DNA from: an uncultured Desulfosarcina sp. | GTDB taxonomy: Bacteria; Desulfobacterota; Desulfobacteria; Desulfobacterales; Desulfosarcinaceae | NCBI GenBank assembly: GCA_963674945.2 | Contig: CAXXWQ010000004.1 | Location: 352,001 to 416,000, forward strand | Reading direction: 5' to 3' | Length of the DNA stretch: 64,000 nt | Shown: positions 61,075 through 64,000 of the stretch, piece after piece | Numbering within the stretch: the stretch's first letter is position 1 | How the letters are laid out: each line of letters opens with the position of its first letter | Translations under genes and position numbers: made by a program | The notes under the pieces: model-generated | Databases searched by the model: none | The model's input: the letters and a program-made list of their open reading frames with translations, nothing else | What the model was told of the DNA's origin: nothing

Positions 61075-62067
61075 TCAATACCGCAGCGGTTCCACCAACG
61101 TAGCGAGAATGGGAATATCCACGAAAAAAAGGACCGCGATGGTGACGGCAAGTGCCCCAACATAGATCACAAACTTGGTCTCTTTATATAATTTTTCGGG
61201 AGTCTGCGTTGATGAGAAAGGCTTCATGGCGATGGCCAAGTACCAGGTAAACAGCAATGCGAAAAGCGGGAAAGACAATACGAACTCGATGCGATATTTT
61301 ACCAGGAAAATACCGAGAAAAAACACAGAGGAGAGGGCGTAGAAAAAGGAAGAAAGAAGAAGACTTTGTTCCGTATAACTCTTAAATGAGGCGCGATAGC
61401 GGGCTGCGCGTTCGGGATCATTAATGAAACGATATTCGGCGTAACGCTTCATCGCCATAAGAAAGGCACCTCCCATCCAGTAGGCAAGCAGTATACTGGA
61501 AGGAGGCAACTGGGCGGTCACGATGACGGACCATCCGAGCAACAATCGAATCGGGTTGTTGACCGATTCGCTCAGCACATCCAAAAAGTAAATCTCTTTG
61601 GTACGAAAGGGTTTAACATTGTAGATGATTCCCATGACGAGAAGAAGAAAAGAGAACCAAATAAACTCCCTGGTCAAAAAACTAGCAAAAAAGAGCCCCA
61701 GGATGGTCAGCAGAACATATTCGGCAAAGACATACTTTGCCTGAATATTTCCCACCGCCGACGGCCGATGTTTCTTTACCGGATGATGGCGATCAAATTC
61801 GGCATCCAACCATTCATTGATGACGTAATTTGCCGATGCGATAAGGCAAGTACTCACGATACCAATAAGCATGGGAAAGAAGCATTGGACCAGGGAAGCA
61901 TCTGTGAGAACCAGTGCCAGGGCAACGCCCGGAAGCATAAACAGATTTTTGAACCAGTGATCGGGTCTAGCGATTTTAACGTATTCTTGAAAGGCAATTT
62001 TTTCGGAACAATTCGGAACCATCGGAATGTTTTGAGAATGATTCTGCATCGATTGCGCTCCTGTCAA
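61075..62067 (-). CDS. UbiA-family prenyltransferase (polyprenyl-phosphate phosphoribosyltransferase-like)
   Basis: RPDHWFKN, ASANYVINEWLDAEFDRHHPVKKHRP, KRYAE. Confidence 0.88.
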   Translation of the reverse strand: MTGAQSMQNHSQNIPMVPNCSEKIAFQEYVKIARPDHWFKNLFMLPGVALALVLTDASLVQCFFPMLIGIVSTCLIASANYVINEWLDAEFDRHHPVKKHRPSAVGNIQAKYVFAEYVLLTILGLFFASFLTREFIWFSFLLLVMGIIYNVKPFRTKEIYFLDVLSESVNNPIRLLLGWSVIVTAQLPPSSILLAYWMGGAFLMAMKRYAEYRFINDPERAARYRASFKSYTEQSLLLSSFFYALSSVFFLGIFLVKYRIEFVLSFPLFALLFTWYLAIAMKPFSSTQTPEKLYKETKFVIYVGALAVTIAVLFFVDIPILATLVEPLRY

Positions 62068-62453
62068 AAAGTGAGTGAATTATCGCACAATAAGAATGAA
62101 AGGAATGGCAAGTCCAAAACACATTCAACTGTCTATTGCACAAGATTATCGTCATATTCACATCCAAACAGTCATCCTGCCGGAAGCCGGTAGCGATGAA
62201 TACGGATCGGGTAAAAATGAATCAAATAAAAATCTGTCCTTTCCGGCCTGCACGTCAATCGATAGACACACTGTGAATGCTACCTTGACGGAAAGAATAC
62301 ACATATCGTGCCATCTTTTTACCTACCAGATAACAGGTATTTATCAATACCTTGTGTGAAAAAAATGGCAAGATGGACAATTTTTTTCTCAAAAAATGTG
62401 GTAATGGTGACATTTTTCCTGAATTTCCTTGGTTGATACCGAATGGTTTTAAC

Positions 62454-63273
62454 ATGAACACAGACCCAAACCAATGCAAAGTGTACCTGTGCCAGGTGGG
62501 GCCCTTTTTGTCCTGTGGTGCCTGTTACGGCCTCTACAATGTGCGAGATCCTTCACGAGAAGCACTCACCGCCATGTTGTGACGACGGACGAAATGGTTT
62601 TCTGATGTTCCACGAAGCATGCCGGCATCGATGAATTCAAGGCACAAGTCGAGGCCACGGAGCCTTCTGCGCGGCCGTTTCCAGACTTTCACCATTGTCC
62701 ATTTCTGGGACTGATCGAAGACACGGGCAAGCGGGTGGGATGACTCTTGCATCCATCGGCGAAAGGCAATGGCGGCATAGACTGGTGAGGCCTGAGTTAC
62801 TGCGGTGGGATGGCCTGCCGCACCTATTTTTGTCCCAGTGTAAAAAAATTGCCTTCCCGTTGGCTGTCCGTTGTCCTTCGAAGTGGAAGCCAATGGTATC
62901 TGCACGGTCTCATCGTCACCGAACGACGGCTGCTGGCCGCATTTTTTCAGGAGTTGGAAGATCGAACCGGGCGGCCCCTTACGGACGCCGACTTTCTTCC
63001 CGGTTCCGACGCGGCACGGCGTTTTTCCGATTTTGTGGATCTTAAGCGAACATGGGCGTTTCGTCGCGACGGTGCGCCGGGGATGTGTAATTACTTCTTT
63101 GAGGACGGCCACTACCCAAGGCAACCGGAATTCCGGAAAATTGGCCGTCGGGTCCCATGGAAACGATATTTCGGGAACTCGATTCCCATTTTCTGTCGAA
63201 AACGGCTGCGACCGAAGCACGCAGGCAGATCGAAAAGCTATTCGCTGACATTGTTGAACAGCTCGAAGTTTAG
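62454..63273 (+). pseudogene. Disrupted Cys-rich conserved hypothetical protein
   Basis: LCQ..SCGACYGLYN..FHHCPFLG..RVG*LLHP..ACRTYFCPS..CNYFF..IFRELDS; in-frame TGA at 62580, 62741, 62786 and apparent frameshifts near 62620 and about 63120-63160. Confidence 0.75.
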
Positions 63274-63282
63274 GATGCCGGC

Positions 63283-63345
63283 GTCAACGCCCACCCGCAA
63301 AGCGGGTGGCTTTGATATTCGGCCATCGGCCGGATATCCAAAAGC
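63283..63345. repeat. Tandem hairpins, the first resembling an IS200/IS605-type end
   Basis: gtcaacg-cccacccgc-aaa-gcgggtggc-tttg then gatattcggcc-atc-ggccggatatc. Confidence 0.5.
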
Positions 63346-63409
63346 ACGATAGCGCTTTCATCGTTCGGGTTGGTTCCGGTTGCAAGGCAACCGGTTTGAA
63401 TGCAACGAA

Positions 63410-64000
63410 TCATCGTTCAAAGTGTGCTTTTACGATCTCTTCCAGCGTGGGAGAGCTGTTGTCCCTATAGCTGTATCGCACCCGAACCACGGGTTTTCCC
63501 ACCGAAACCACATCGCCAAGATCGATGGGGGTCGCAGAAAGCACGATATCGCAGGGGCATTGGTTGATGGTTTTTTCAAGATCCTTGATCTGCGTTCGGC
63601 TATATCCCATGGCGGGAATCAGGGTGCCGATGTGGGGATAGGCGGAGAAGGAATCCTTCAATGATCCTGTCAGGTGGGGCCTGGGATCCACGAGAGCGGC
63701 CGCACCGAATCGCCGGGCAGCGATGACACCGGCACCGTAGGCCATCCCACCATGGGTCAATGTGGGTCCATCCTCCACGACGAGGACTCGCTTTCCCTTT
63801 ACCATCTCGGGATCATCCACCATGACGGCGGAATCCGCAAGAATGATGGTGGCATTGGGATTGTGCTTCTCGATTGTCTTCCGGACCAGTTCCACTTTTT
63901 CCGGAAGGGCGCTGTCCACCTTGTTGATCACGGCCACATGGGCCATGAGCATATTGGTCTCGCCGGGATGGTATCGTGTCTCGTGGCCGGCCCGATGGGG
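63410..64000 (-). CDS. Cyclic 2,3-diphosphoglycerate synthetase-like GTPase (COG2403-like), 3' part only
   Basis: YHPGETN, INKVDSA, RVLVVEDGPTLTHGGMAYGAG, PAMGY, ATPIDL; runs off the window end. Confidence 0.85.
   Translation of the reverse strand, partial: PHRAGHETRYHPGETNMLMAHVAVINKVDSALPEKVELVRKTIEKHNPNATIILADSAVMVDDPEMVKGKRVLVVEDGPTLTHGGMAYGAGVIAARRFGAAALVDPRPHLTGSLKDSFSAYPHIGTLIPAMGYSRTQIKDLEKTINQCPCDIVLSATPIDLGDVVSVGKPVVRVRYSYRDNSSPTLEEIVKAHFER

Noticed and set aside
62297..62313. Sigma54 promoter for the ubiA cassette (TGGCACGATATGTGT, minus strand)
   Set aside because: The -24 box is good but the -12 box lacks the conserved GC; too weak to call

Overview
Core-genome-rich window, most likely from a sulfate-reducing Desulfobacterota (Desulfobacterales-like) bacterium; the taxonomy is inferred from protein sequences and gene order. 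It contains rplM-rpsI, a tolQ-tolR-tolA-tolB-pal-cpoB-ruvCAB block, a cheA-cheW-cheB-cheR cluster, a PTS IIA/ClC/USP operon, dnaX-ybaB-recR with two tRNA-Ser genes, hflKC, a tiny bS22-like gene and groESL. The right third is more accessory. The main candidate for an undescribed system is at 44184-51955: DUF302, an MMPL/RND-type membrane protein fused to a histidine kinase, a cytoplasmic sensory-type [NiFe]-hydrogenase (HupUV-like, atypical Fe-S ligands), a PAS histidine kinase and a stand-alone receiver. Other notable items: a pqiAABC operon translationally coupled to a divergent class III nucleotide-cyclase-like gene; a chimeric cpoB paralog that looks like a duplication junction; a family of long intergenic hairpin elements sitting just behind stop codons; a sigma28-like promoter with a T9 spacer; a ubiA-gtrA-HAD module; and a degraded Cys-rich pseudogene. 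No CRISPR array, rRNA, integrase or transposase gene was seen. All calls are from reading the sequence and recalled motifs; no searches were run.
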